A stretch of 64,000 bases of DNA, from NCBI GenBank assembly GCA_016188575.1, contig JACPHN010000012.1, positions 8,197 to 72,196 of the forward strand, written 5' to 3'. The notes below the pieces were generated by a model, which saw only the letters and a program-made list of their open reading frames with translations, had not been told where the DNA came from and ran no database searches. Source of the stretch: Candidatus Schekmanbacteria bacterium. GTDB lineage: Bacteria > CSSED10-310 > JACPHN01. The position numbers and the translations under genes were made by a program. This document shows positions 18,295 to 29,378 of the stretch, one piece after another; within the stretch, counting starts at the first letter, position 1; each line of letters opens with the position of its first letter.

Positions 18295-19860
18295 TCAGGA
18301 TTTCGCCTTGGCGCGAATCGTGCCCTTGCTCAATTCGAGCAGGGCTTGCGCCTCGGGAAAAGCTGCCAAGGCCCGTACTACCTGGTTCTGCGACTCGACC
18401 TGCACTTTGAAGCCGGCCTCGGGACCCCAGAGAACCGTCGCGATCTCGCGCTTCAGCGCGCGGCGAATCCCGTCCTTGTCCTTTTCCGACAGCACCGCGG
18501 GTAGCGCGCTACCCGCCGACCTCATGTGCTCGGCAAACCCCTGGAATATCTGCTCGGTGACCGCGAAATCCTCCTTCAGCTTCGAGCGATCTTCCGCGGA
18601 CGTCCACTGCACCGCGAACTTGAAGAACACCTGATCAGCCTCGAGTTTCTCGGTCACAGGAGTGAGCGTGCTTTCGAATTCGACCTCGATGTCCGGGTGA
18701 ATGCCCCCACCGCCCTTGACTTGGCGGCCGGCGTTTGAATAGAAAATCTCCTCCGCCGGTGTCGCCTCGCCCGCGGCCGCCTGCCGATAGCGCGCGTGGT
18801 ACGGCCTCTGGATCGACCTCCCGGAGGGCGTGTAATATTGTGCCGTTGTCACCTGGAGCGCTCCTTCGCGAACCGGGTAGAGACGCTGCACGAGTCCCTT
18901 GCCAAAGGTGTCGGTGCCAACGACGAGGCCGCGATCCCAGTCCTGGACTGCGCCAGCCACGATTTCCGACGCCGAGGCGGTGCCGCCATTGGTCAAAATC
19001 ACCAGCGGGACATCGGTGCGCAAGCGGGACTCTGATGCTTTGGACGCCTTGAACTCCAAGTCGCTTCCCGGGATCCTGCCCCGGGTGTACACGATGAGTC
19101 GCCCTTCGGGAAGTAGCAGATCCGAGACCTCTACTGCGGCGTTGAGCAAGCCCCCGGGATTGCCGCGAAAGTCCAGCAGCAGATGCTTCATGCCCTTCTT
19201 GGCCAGCGCCTCCACTGCTTCGCGGAGCTCTTTTGCCGTGGTCGAGGAAAAATTCGTGACGCGCACGTAGCCAGTGCCGCTGCGGATCATGAACGCATAC
19301 GGGACGCTCTTCAGGGGAATGGTGTCGCGCACCAGCGTGATGTCTTTGGCTTCAGCCCAGCCGATCCGCAGGATGGAGATGGTAACAGAAGTGCCTTCTT
19401 GGCCGCGAAGCTTGTTGATGACGTCCGACGAGCTCATCCCGTCGGTCGGAGCACCGTTGATCTTGACGATGCGATCCCCCGAGCGAATCCCGGCGGCATG
19501 CGCAGGCGTCCCTTCGATCGGCGAGATGACGGTGGGATAGCCGTCGCGAATGTCGAAGGAGACGCCGATTCCGCCGAAGGCGCCGGTCTGCTCCGCGGTC
19601 ATACGTGAATAGGTGTCGGCATCGAGGTAGTGCGTGTGAGGGTCGAGCATCCGCAGCATCCCGTAGATCGACCCCTCGACGAGGTCCTTTCGAGACTTGT
19701 CGTGAAACGCTTGCCGCTCGACGATGGCGAAGACTTCGGAAAACGCTCTCACGTTCGGTGACGCGGCCTGAGATCCATAGACCCGATGAGCCAGGCTCGT
19801 CACGAACAGCGAGGCAAGACCGAGAGCGAGAAGGGTTACGGCGATTGCTGATTTTCTCAT
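18295..19860 (-). CDS. ctpA: C-terminal processing peptidase (S41, PDZ)
   Basis: Signal peptide MRKSAIAV, LDPH, PDZ GIG, DFRGNPGG, TASASE, GKG. Confidence 0.9.
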   Translation of the reverse strand: MRKSAIAVTLLALGLASLFVTSLAHRVYGSQAASPNVRAFSEVFAIVERQAFHDKSRKDLVEGSIYGMLRMLDPHTHYLDADTYSRMTAEQTGAFGGIGVSFDIRDGYPTVISPIEGTPAHAAGIRSGDRIVKINGAPTDGMSSSDVINKLRGQEGTSVTISILRIGWAEAKDITLVRDTIPLKSVPYAFMIRSGTGYVRVTNFSSTTAKELREAVEALAKKGMKHLLLDFRGNPGGLLNAAVEVSDLLLPEGRLIVYTRGRIPGSDLEFKASKASESRLRTDVPLVILTNGGTASASEIVAGAVQDWDRGLVVGTDTFGKGLVQRLYPVREGALQVTTAQYYTPSGRSIQRPYHARYRQAAAGEATPAEEIFYSNAGRQVKGGGGIHPDIEVEFESTLTPVTEKLEADQVFFKFAVQWTSAEDRSKLKEDFAVTEQIFQGFAEHMRSAGSALPAVLSEKDKDGIRRALKREIATVLWGPEAGFKVQVESQNQVVRALAAFPEAQALLELSKGTIRAKAKS

Positions 19861-19991
19861 GGGATGCGGCCGATCTGGGTTGCGAGCCGGCGAACCGCGG
19901 CGGCTCGCGCGATGCCTGTCATCTTCAACAATACCACGCCTGCGTGCCGCTGACAAGCATGACCCGTGCATGTCGTCGGCCATCGCCGGCT

Positions 19992-20639
19992 TCACTGCGG
20001 GGATACCTTTGGAGCCGCAGACAGGCGCATCGGCGGAGCATCAGGAGGGCGCAGCTCTTCCCGCTTTTGCTGCTCCTCCCGCTGGTCCACCAAGCGCTGT
20101 TCAATAACGGCGATCCACTGTTCGATTTGCGCCTTGTCCGGCGCGTCCGGTTCCAGCTCGAGGTACCGCGTCAGATAGTACCGAGCGTAGCGGAAGTGAT
20201 ACAGATTGTTCGCATAAATCACGCCAAGGTTTCTGGCGGCCTGGGGGACACCCGAATTGTAGAACAGAATGCGCAAATTCTCCTGCACTGCCTGTTGGTG
20301 CAGACCTTGCTTCCGGTAGAGCTCGGCGAGGTCGAGGCGTGCCGCGACGTCGCGAGAGTCGATCTCCAGTGCTCTCTGTAAGTAGCTCACGGCGACGGCC
20401 GGCTTGTTGAGGTAGATGTAGGTCAAACCAAGGGCATGGTGAGCCGGCGCCAGGTCGGGTTCCTGATGAATTGCCAGCTCGAGCTCGTCAACGGCTTTCT
20501 GCAGCTCCCCGCGGTCGAAGTAGTCGCGCCCCGTCTGGTAGTGCTGCACGGCCTTCTTGAGCCGGCGCCCGCAACCCAGCGCCAAGAAGCAACAACAGAC
20601 GGCAACCGACACACGAATCCAGTACGGGAGCTTTTTCAC
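19992..20639 (-). CDS. TPR lipoprotein (TadD/pilotin-like candidate)
   Basis: Lipobox LALGC followed by tandem TPR helices. Located at the distal end of the Tad locus. Confidence 0.75.
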   Translation of the reverse strand: MKKLPYWIRVSVAVCCCFLALGCGRRLKKAVQHYQTGRDYFDRGELQKAVDELELAIHQEPDLAPAHHALGLTYIYLNKPAVAVSYLQRALEIDSRDVAARLDLAELYRKQGLHQQAVQENLRILFYNSGVPQAARNLGVIYANNLYHFRYARYYLTRYLELEPDAPDKAQIEQWIAVIEQRLVDQREEQQKREELRPPDAPPMRLSAAPKVSPQ

Positions 20640-20664
20640 GTTTCGTTCCGTTCGCGCTTGGATA

Positions 20665-21039
20665 CTATGGCAGCTCTTCCATGGCCAGCTCGTCGCCTAC
20701 GGCCAGCGCGTGTCGTGCCGCAGCTCCGGCCGGGAGCTCGATTACGCTCCTGGCTCCTTTTCCACCGCCAACGTGCCATCGGCCCGGGGCCAGGCCCGGG
20801 CACACGCGCGTCACTCTGAACGCCGAATCGAGAAACACGGCGTCTATTTCAAAGCGCATTCTCACGGTGTGTATGCTCGGGCACGGGATAATCCACATGC
20901 CATCTCCCTCCGCCAGTGAGGATCTGCCGAGCAGCCCTCGCATCCGCGAGAAAACCGTGGCGGCTTTCTCGGCTCGCGGCACAATGATCGCACCGGACGC
21001 CGCGTGGCGGATTCGGACCACGGGCAGGCTCTTCCCCAT
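20665..21039 (-). CDS. DUF192 domain protein
   Basis: RMRGLLGR..SIHT..MRFEID..VIELPAG motifs. Start ATG 21039 after GAGGG. Confidence 0.85.
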   Translation of the reverse strand: MGKSLPVVRIRHAASGAIIVPRAEKAATVFSRMRGLLGRSSLAEGDGMWIIPCPSIHTVRMRFEIDAVFLDSAFRVTRVCPGLAPGRWHVGGGKGARSVIELPAGAAARHALAVGDELAMEELP

Positions 21040-21070
21040 GTTTCCCTCTCTTGCCTGTCCGCCGCCCCGG

Positions 21071-22603
21071 CTAGCTGCCGCCGCCGCCGAGCTCGGCGAG
21101 CTTTGCTTTCGCCTTCCTGTGGTATTCGTCACCGGGGTCCTTGGAGATCTCGAGCACTTTCTCCCATTGCCGGCGGGCTTCCGCGAGCTGGTTGAGCGAC
21201 TGGTAGGTAACACCCAGTCCAAACGCCTCTCTGGCGGCAACCTTGATGCGTTCAACCTCCTGCAACAGGGGCCGCGTGCGCTCCTGGATCTCTCGTTCGG
21301 CGCTCTTGACCTCGATGAGCACATTTGAGCTGTTCGGAAGACCGAGGCCCGAGACCTCCTCGATCTTGGCGCGGGCGACGTCGTAGTGGTTCAGGGCCGT
21401 GGCCGGCAAGCCGTCGTTTGCGGCCTTGCCTCCCTTTTCGATCGCCTCGCGAATAGCGGCCAACAGAGCCGTCGCTGCCGCCTCCATTGAGGTCACGGAC
21501 TGGCGCTTGGCAAGTGCCTGACGGGCGTTCGCGATGCCGGCGCTGGCCTGCGGGGATCCTGGGGATCGCTCGAGCACGCTTTGCCAGGCGGTGATGGCGC
21601 CGCTATAGTTTCCGGCGTTGAACAGCGCCTGTGCCTTGGCGCTTAGTGCGGCAGTCTCCTTGTCCTGAGCAGCTTCCATGTCCTTGAGCTTGGCGGCGAT
21701 ACGCTTCTCGATCTCCACAACGCGACCGCGCCCTTTGCTAGCCTCCGCGTTCTTGGGATCCAGTTGCAGTGCTTCATCGAAGGCTTTTCGCGCATCCGCG
21801 GCGCGGGTACGCGCGTGATCGAGCTCGGAGGCCGTCCTGGCTTGCGCGAACAGCTTCTCCAGGCCTTCCAGACTTTCGCGCGCCGCCCGCGCAGATACTT
21901 CGAGTCGTTTCTGAATTCGGAGCCGCTCGGTCTGTTCGGCGAGAAGCGGTTCGCCGGCAGCCGGCGTTGCGGGTATCGCCGTAGCCGTGGCAGGCGCGAT
22001 CTCGGGGGCGGCGACGGCAGCGCTGGCCACTGGTGTCGGTTGCGGATCCCGTTGTTTTCGTTTTCCCGAGGAACCCAGGACGACAACCATCAGCACCATG
22101 GCGATGGCGGCGATCAGGTAGAGTCTGCGCCGGCCACCTGTCGAGGCGGCCGGGCCCGCGCGCCGTCCCAGGCGAGCAGCGAGGCGATCGCGCCATCCGG
22201 TCTTCCTGGCGACAACCTGCACGCGCTGGCTGTCTTCGGCGCCGGGGGCCTTGCGTTTGCCCGCAATAGCGAACTTCAGGAACACGCGGCCCACCTGGAT
22301 GGTGTCCTCATCCTTGAGATAGCACTTTCGCGTCAGCTCCCCGTTGACGCGAATGCCATTGGTGCTTCCCAAATCCTTCAGCAGGTAGGTGCCGCCCTCG
22401 TAGGACAGGCGGATGTGATTGCGCGACACCGACGCGTCGGGGACCACGATGTCGCACTCTTTGGACCGGCCGATGATGACCTCGTCCTTGTCCAGCTCGA
22501 GCTCTTCCTTGTCCCCGCTCGGCAAGAACATGGTAACCCGTGTGCTCGGGCCCATGCGCCGCTTTTCGTAGACCTGTGTCCGCTCGAGCTCAGCCTCGTT
22601 CAC
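21071..22603 (-). CDS. FHA domain - TM - TPR protein
   Basis: FHA (IGR..SVSRNH..DLGSTNG), one TM segment, helical TPR C-terminus. Confidence 0.85.
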   Translation of the reverse strand: MNEAELERTQVYEKRRMGPSTRVTMFLPSGDKEELELDKDEVIIGRSKECDIVVPDASVSRNHIRLSYEGGTYLLKDLGSTNGIRVNGELTRKCYLKDEDTIQVGRVFLKFAIAGKRKAPGAEDSQRVQVVARKTGWRDRLAARLGRRAGPAASTGGRRRLYLIAAIAMVLMVVVLGSSGKRKQRDPQPTPVASAAVAAPEIAPATATAIPATPAAGEPLLAEQTERLRIQKRLEVSARAARESLEGLEKLFAQARTASELDHARTRAADARKAFDEALQLDPKNAEASKGRGRVVEIEKRIAAKLKDMEAAQDKETAALSAKAQALFNAGNYSGAITAWQSVLERSPGSPQASAGIANARQALAKRQSVTSMEAAATALLAAIREAIEKGGKAANDGLPATALNHYDVARAKIEEVSGLGLPNSSNVLIEVKSAEREIQERTRPLLQEVERIKVAAREAFGLGVTYQSLNQLAEARRQWEKVLEISKDPGDEYHRKAKAKLAELGGGGS

Positions 22604-22610
22604 TCAGCAC

Positions 22611-23543
22611 CTAACGCGCCTTCAAAAAGGCCTCGGCCTCTGCGATCCTCGCTTCGGCATCCTTGCGAGTTGGATGATCCGGGCCGGCAAGGAATTGGAC
22701 GTACTTGAACGAGTTGATGGCCTCCTGGTACCGCAAAGCCTGCATTTCGACGTTGCCCTGCTGGTAGGATCTCTGAATGGCCTCTTCCAGGGCCTTTTGC
22801 GACTGTCCGAGCTTGAGCATCGCCAGCGTCCAGCCAGGTTCCCGGGCAAGCGCTTTCTCGAAAGATTCAATAGCTGTCTTGTACTCCCGCTGGTCGAACA
22901 GGATCACACCGGTGGTATACGCCTTCATGGCTTCCTGGTCGCGGCGCTTGGCCACATTCGGCTCGCCACTCTCCTTGACGAGGTCGTCGCGAATCCTGCC
23001 CAAGTCCAGCCCAGGGGTTGCTGTCGGACCCGCATCCGCGCCTTCCTTGGGCTTGCGCGGCTCCGAAACCGCCACCACCACGACGAGCAGAAACAGCACG
23101 GCGCCAATCCCGTAGATGGCGAGACGCATGGGGCTTCGCGCCGCGGCTCCCCCGGCTGATCGCTTTCGGCGCTGACCTCGCGGCGACGACTTCTGCCCGG
23201 CCATTTCGAAGCGAAACTGAGTATCGCCGATCTGAATGGTGTCGCCGGGCACGAGCGCCACCCGGTCGATGCGCTCGCCTCCCACGAGGACGCCGTTCTT
23301 GCTGCGCAGATCCGAGAGCACGAATTCGCCGCCGACAAACGCCACGCGGGCATGCACCGAAGATACTTTTTCATCCTCAAGGGCGATGTCGTTTGAGCCG
23401 AGCCGACCGATGTAGAGGGTCGGCGCGAGAATCTGGAACTCCAGATTTGCGCACTTCCCCTTCACGCCGACCAGCGACGCCTTGGGAAGCGCCGCTTCGC
23501 GGTCGTGTTCTTCGCCCGTTGGTCCGATGACTACATCTTCCAC
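22611..23543 (-). CDS. FHA domain - TM - TPR protein
   Basis: FHA (IGR..VSSVH..DLRSKNG), one TM segment, TPR-like C-terminus. Confidence 0.85.
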   Translation of the reverse strand: MEDVVIGPTGEEHDREAALPKASLVGVKGKCANLEFQILAPTLYIGRLGSNDIALEDEKVSSVHARVAFVGGEFVLSDLRSKNGVLVGGERIDRVALVPGDTIQIGDTQFRFEMAGQKSSPRGQRRKRSAGGAAARSPMRLAIYGIGAVLFLLVVVVAVSEPRKPKEGADAGPTATPGLDLGRIRDDLVKESGEPNVAKRRDQEAMKAYTTGVILFDQREYKTAIESFEKALAREPGWTLAMLKLGQSQKALEEAIQRSYQQGNVEMQALRYQEAINSFKYVQFLAGPDHPTRKDAEARIAEAEAFLKAR

Positions 23544-23580
23544 TGTTCTCTCCGGGGCACCTCAGTTTGCGCCCGTGCTC

Positions 23581-25110
23581 CTAATCGCCTCGGGGTTCGA
23601 CTCGCGGTATCGCGCGAGTTTCCACCCCGACCTCCAGCGGTTCGATCAGGATCAAGTGCATTCCGCGTTTGCCGCCACCCGCGGCGATCCCGTGCACCTC
23701 TACGGCCACCGATCCGCCGGCCGTGACCTCGCGATGCCGAGCGCCGCGAACGGCTCCGGCTGACACCTTTTTCAGGCATTCTATCACGACGCTTCGCAAT
23801 TCGCCTTCGCGAAAAACCTCAAGCAGGTGACGGCCCCGCGGCTCGCGACCGGCGTTTCCGATCAGGCCTCTCGCGAGCGCATTAGCGAACGCCACGCGGT
23901 TGTCGGCCGTGACCAGAAGGACGCCATTGGGCAGGTGCTCCACCAGCCGTTGCACCGTCTCCAGCGGCAACGATTCCACTCCGAGCTCCTCGCCTCCGTG
24001 CGGTTCAGCCTGCTCGTCTACGCCCTTGTCCGCGCGCTCGAGGAAACGCTGGAGCGTCTCCGCCAACTGGTTGACTTCCCTGGCCTTGAATCGCGGCAGC
24101 GTCTGCCAGCTCCCATTCTTGATGCGAACCTCGAGCTCCTGGGTCAGATGGTCGATCGGGCGATACGCCAGCCGCGCCAGCACCAGGCTCACTGCCGCCG
24201 CGAATGCGCCGGCAAACAGCGCCAGCACTGCGATCAGAGCAAATGGCGCCTTGCCCTGCTTGCGGACATCGGCATAGGAAAAATCGATCACTGCGGTCCC
24301 AAGGCGCTCGTTGTCGAGGCGGATGGGGTAGGAGAGGCGGTCGGTGACCTCGTTGACCGACTGAACGAGAAGCTCCGGCGAGCGCGCCGCCTCCTGAAAT
24401 GTCGCGTCGGACACCGCCGCGGCCGGCACGAGGATGTGTCCCGTACGGTCCAGAACGTAGGCGCGCTCGACGCCCGGGTAGCGCGCAATTGTTTCACAGT
24501 CAATCAACCCAATTTTCGTCGCGGCCAGCGCCTCGCGGTTGGTAACCGCGTGGTACTGGACGGCAAGCAGCGAGCGCGTCTTCGCTTCCGCCTCCAGGGA
24601 ATCACGATACGATCCGGAGATCGGGATGCCCACCAGCATGCTCGAAAAAAGCACCAGCCCCACCACCCAAACCACCAAGCGCGCCCGCACTCCAAGCTCA
24701 GGTACCGGGATTTTCCCGCGGAGACCGGCCAGCACGCCCGTCGCGCGCGGCTTGTCGGCGGCTACCAGAGCCTCGTCGGCGCCCAGCACCGGCGCTCCCA
24801 CCGGCTCCTGCGGGCGCGCAGCGACATCCTCATCGATGTACTTCAGCAGATAGCTGCCGATCTCGATTGTGTCTTCATCCTGAAGCTCCCGGATCCGGAT
24901 CTCAACGTCATTGACGTACGTGCCGTTCAGGCTTCCAAGGTCGGAGAGAATCGCCTTTTGGTCGACCACCTCGATTTTCGCGTGACGCCGCGAGACGCCT
25001 CCTTCCGTAAGCTGGATCTGGTTGGAGCTGAGGCGACCGAGATAGTACTTTCCGTCCGCGAGCTCAAGCTCCCTTTCCTGGGTGCCGTCAATAATGATCA
25101 GTTTTTTCAT
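23581..25110 (-). CDS. FHA - 2TM periplasmic sensor - HAMP-like - PAS-like protein
   Basis: FHA (LGR..VSRRH..DLGSLNG), two TM segments, PAS-like LVEHLPNGVLLV..VAFAN. Confidence 0.8.
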   Translation of the reverse strand: MKKLIIIDGTQERELELADGKYYLGRLSSNQIQLTEGGVSRRHAKIEVVDQKAILSDLGSLNGTYVNDVEIRIRELQDEDTIEIGSYLLKYIDEDVAARPQEPVGAPVLGADEALVAADKPRATGVLAGLRGKIPVPELGVRARLVVWVVGLVLFSSMLVGIPISGSYRDSLEAEAKTRSLLAVQYHAVTNREALAATKIGLIDCETIARYPGVERAYVLDRTGHILVPAAAVSDATFQEAARSPELLVQSVNEVTDRLSYPIRLDNERLGTAVIDFSYADVRKQGKAPFALIAVLALFAGAFAAAVSLVLARLAYRPIDHLTQELEVRIKNGSWQTLPRFKAREVNQLAETLQRFLERADKGVDEQAEPHGGEELGVESLPLETVQRLVEHLPNGVLLVTADNRVAFANALARGLIGNAGREPRGRHLLEVFREGELRSVVIECLKKVSAGAVRGARHREVTAGGSVAVEVHGIAAGGGKRGMHLILIEPLEVGVETRAIPRVEPRGD

Positions 25111-25128
25111 CTACGGGTGGGGCTCAGC

Positions 25129-26040
25129 CTAGAACGCGGCAGCACTGAGGCCTTCGCCGCCAAGGATTTCGCCACGGAGCTGAAAGAATGCCAGTCCGAA
25201 CGAGCCGAACATGACGATGAAGATCGCAGGCAAGATGAAAAGCATGAGCGGGATCAGCACGAGGATGGAGGCTTGCGCTCCCGCCTTCTCCGCCCGCGAA
25301 AATCGCTCGGCACGCATCTTGTCGGCCTGAGCTCTGAGCACCACGCCGATCGATGCACCCATCTGGTCGGCCTGAATGAGCACCGCGGCGAAGGATGTGA
25401 TGTCGGAGATGCCGATGCGATGTGCCAGTGCACGCAACGACTCCGCCCGCGTCTTGCCCATGCGGATTTCCTTCAACATAGTTTGAAACTCGTCTTTGAG
25501 CGGCCCTGGTGAGCACTTCTCGACTACGCGCTGCAGGCCGATCTGGAAGTCCAGACCGGCTTCGACCGAGAGCGTCAACAGGTCGATGAAGTAGGGGAGC
25601 TGGCGGAGAATTTCCTTTCGGCGCTGGGTAACAAGCCCGGACAGCCAGAGGTTGGGAAACCAAAAGCCGACGACAAAGCACCCGCCGAGAATCGCCGGGT
25701 GCAACCGTTTGGTGAACGCGAAGCCGAGGCCCATCACCACGAAGCCAAAAACGACCTTGAACGCCAGAAATTCGTCGGGGGTCACCTCGCCGTGCAGTCC
25801 TGCGTGGACGAGTTGTTGTCCGACTCTTTTCCGCCACCTCGGCAAGCGCAAGTTCGTAACCACGGGGACGAAAGCCGAAAGAAAAGGATACAGCAGCTTG
25901 AAGAATAGATGCTCGGAACGGATCTGTTTTTTCTCGTATCCGAGAGTTTCTTTGACTTTTTGCTCTTCCTCGGACTCAAAGAACTGCCTGAAAAAGAGAG
26001 ACGCGGCTATGGCAGCCAGGACAAATATGGCGAAGTGCAT
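25129..26040 (-). CDS. tadC: Tad inner-membrane platform protein TadC (T2SS F family)
   Basis: LPYFIDLLTLSVEAGL..G..RAESL..IQADQMG..AEKAG, ending LFILPAIFIV. Confidence 0.9.
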   Translation of the reverse strand: MHFAIFVLAAIAASLFFRQFFESEEEQKVKETLGYEKKQIRSEHLFFKLLYPFLSAFVPVVTNLRLPRWRKRVGQQLVHAGLHGEVTPDEFLAFKVVFGFVVMGLGFAFTKRLHPAILGGCFVVGFWFPNLWLSGLVTQRRKEILRQLPYFIDLLTLSVEAGLDFQIGLQRVVEKCSPGPLKDEFQTMLKEIRMGKTRAESLRALAHRIGISDITSFAAVLIQADQMGASIGVVLRAQADKMRAERFSRAEKAGAQASILVLIPLMLFILPAIFIVMFGSFGLAFFQLRGEILGGEGLSAAAF

Positions 26041-26062
26041 GAGGTAACTCCTTCTCGTCCGG

Positions 26063-26911
26063 CTATACGCGAATCGTCACGAGTTTCTTGAGAACAAAGA
26101 AGCCCATAATGTCCAATGCGGCTGCTATGGCCATCATGAGCCAGCCTGCAGGCGTTGTCAGGAGCGGCATGACAATCTGTTTTTGCATTACATACATGAG
26201 TATGACAAACGCTACAGGGCTAAAGCAGGCCATTATGCCCTGAAGATATCCCTGCGCGGTCAGGGACTTTATCTTGTCCTCTACTTTCTTCCGCTCGCGA
26301 ATCGTGTATACGACTGTGTCAAACGTCTCGGCCAGGTTACCGCCTGTCTCTCTCAGCGTCAGGATCGAAGTTACTACCATGTCCAGGTCCTCGGACTGCA
26401 TGCGCTCATTCAGGTGCTTTAGCGCATCATCTAGCTGTGCCGACAACCGCTGCTCCTTCAGCACGAGACCCAGCTCGTCACTAATGGGTGCGTCCATTTC
26501 CGAGACGACAATGTGAAAGGATTGTAGCAGCGACAGGCCCGACCGCAGGGAGTTTGCAAGCAGTACCAGCGAGTCGACAAGCTGCCCGCCAAACGCATTA
26601 CGCCGCTTCTGCGCGCGTCGCTTCACATACAGGCGCGGAATCAGCCACCCGATCGCCCCAAGCGGCAATGCGGCCAGCGGGGATGGGTAGACGAGCCATC
26701 CGAGCACGGCGCCGGCGGTACCCCCGCCGACAAACATCAGAATGCACTGCGCCTTGGTGACTTCGACGAATTGTCGGTCGAGCTCATCATGCAGCCATTC
26801 GGCGTATCCTGTCGTCCAGGCAATGACGGCCCGCTCCACGGCCTGGTAGTTCAGCCCGAGAATGGCGATACACGCGGCAGAGATGAGACCGAACAGCAGG
26901 ATGTCGTGCAT
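26063..26911 (-). CDS. tadB: Tad inner-membrane platform protein TadB
   Basis: QLVDSL..LANSLRSGLS..ETGGNLAE..IRER..SLTAQG. Confidence 0.9.
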   Translation of the reverse strand: MHDILLFGLISAACIAILGLNYQAVERAVIAWTTGYAEWLHDELDRQFVEVTKAQCILMFVGGGTAGAVLGWLVYPSPLAALPLGAIGWLIPRLYVKRRAQKRRNAFGGQLVDSLVLLANSLRSGLSLLQSFHIVVSEMDAPISDELGLVLKEQRLSAQLDDALKHLNERMQSEDLDMVVTSILTLRETGGNLAETFDTVVYTIRERKKVEDKIKSLTAQGYLQGIMACFSPVAFVILMYVMQKQIVMPLLTTPAGWLMMAIAAALDIMGFFVLKKLVTIRV

Positions 26912-26919
26912 GAGCGCTC

Positions 26920-29193
<2,274 letters not shown>

Positions 29194-29260
29194 GAGGTGA
29201 CTTTCCGCATGATGCGAAACCGTGAGAAGCGGTCATTATGGGGACAGGGGGCGCCACTGC

Positions 29261-29290
29261 AGCATAGTTTTTCGCCCAGGGAATTGTCAA
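29261..29290 (-). promoter_or_regulatory. Internal sigma70 promoter upstream of cpaE-cpaF
   Basis: TTGACA-N18-TATGCT on the minus strand. Confidence 0.6.
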
Positions 29291-29378
29291 CGCTCGCCGG
29301 CGATGACGGCGGCGGGCGTGCCAGGGCCACCGTAGGAAAAGCGGATGGCCCTGGGAATGCCTGCGCTCGGTCGCGCGG

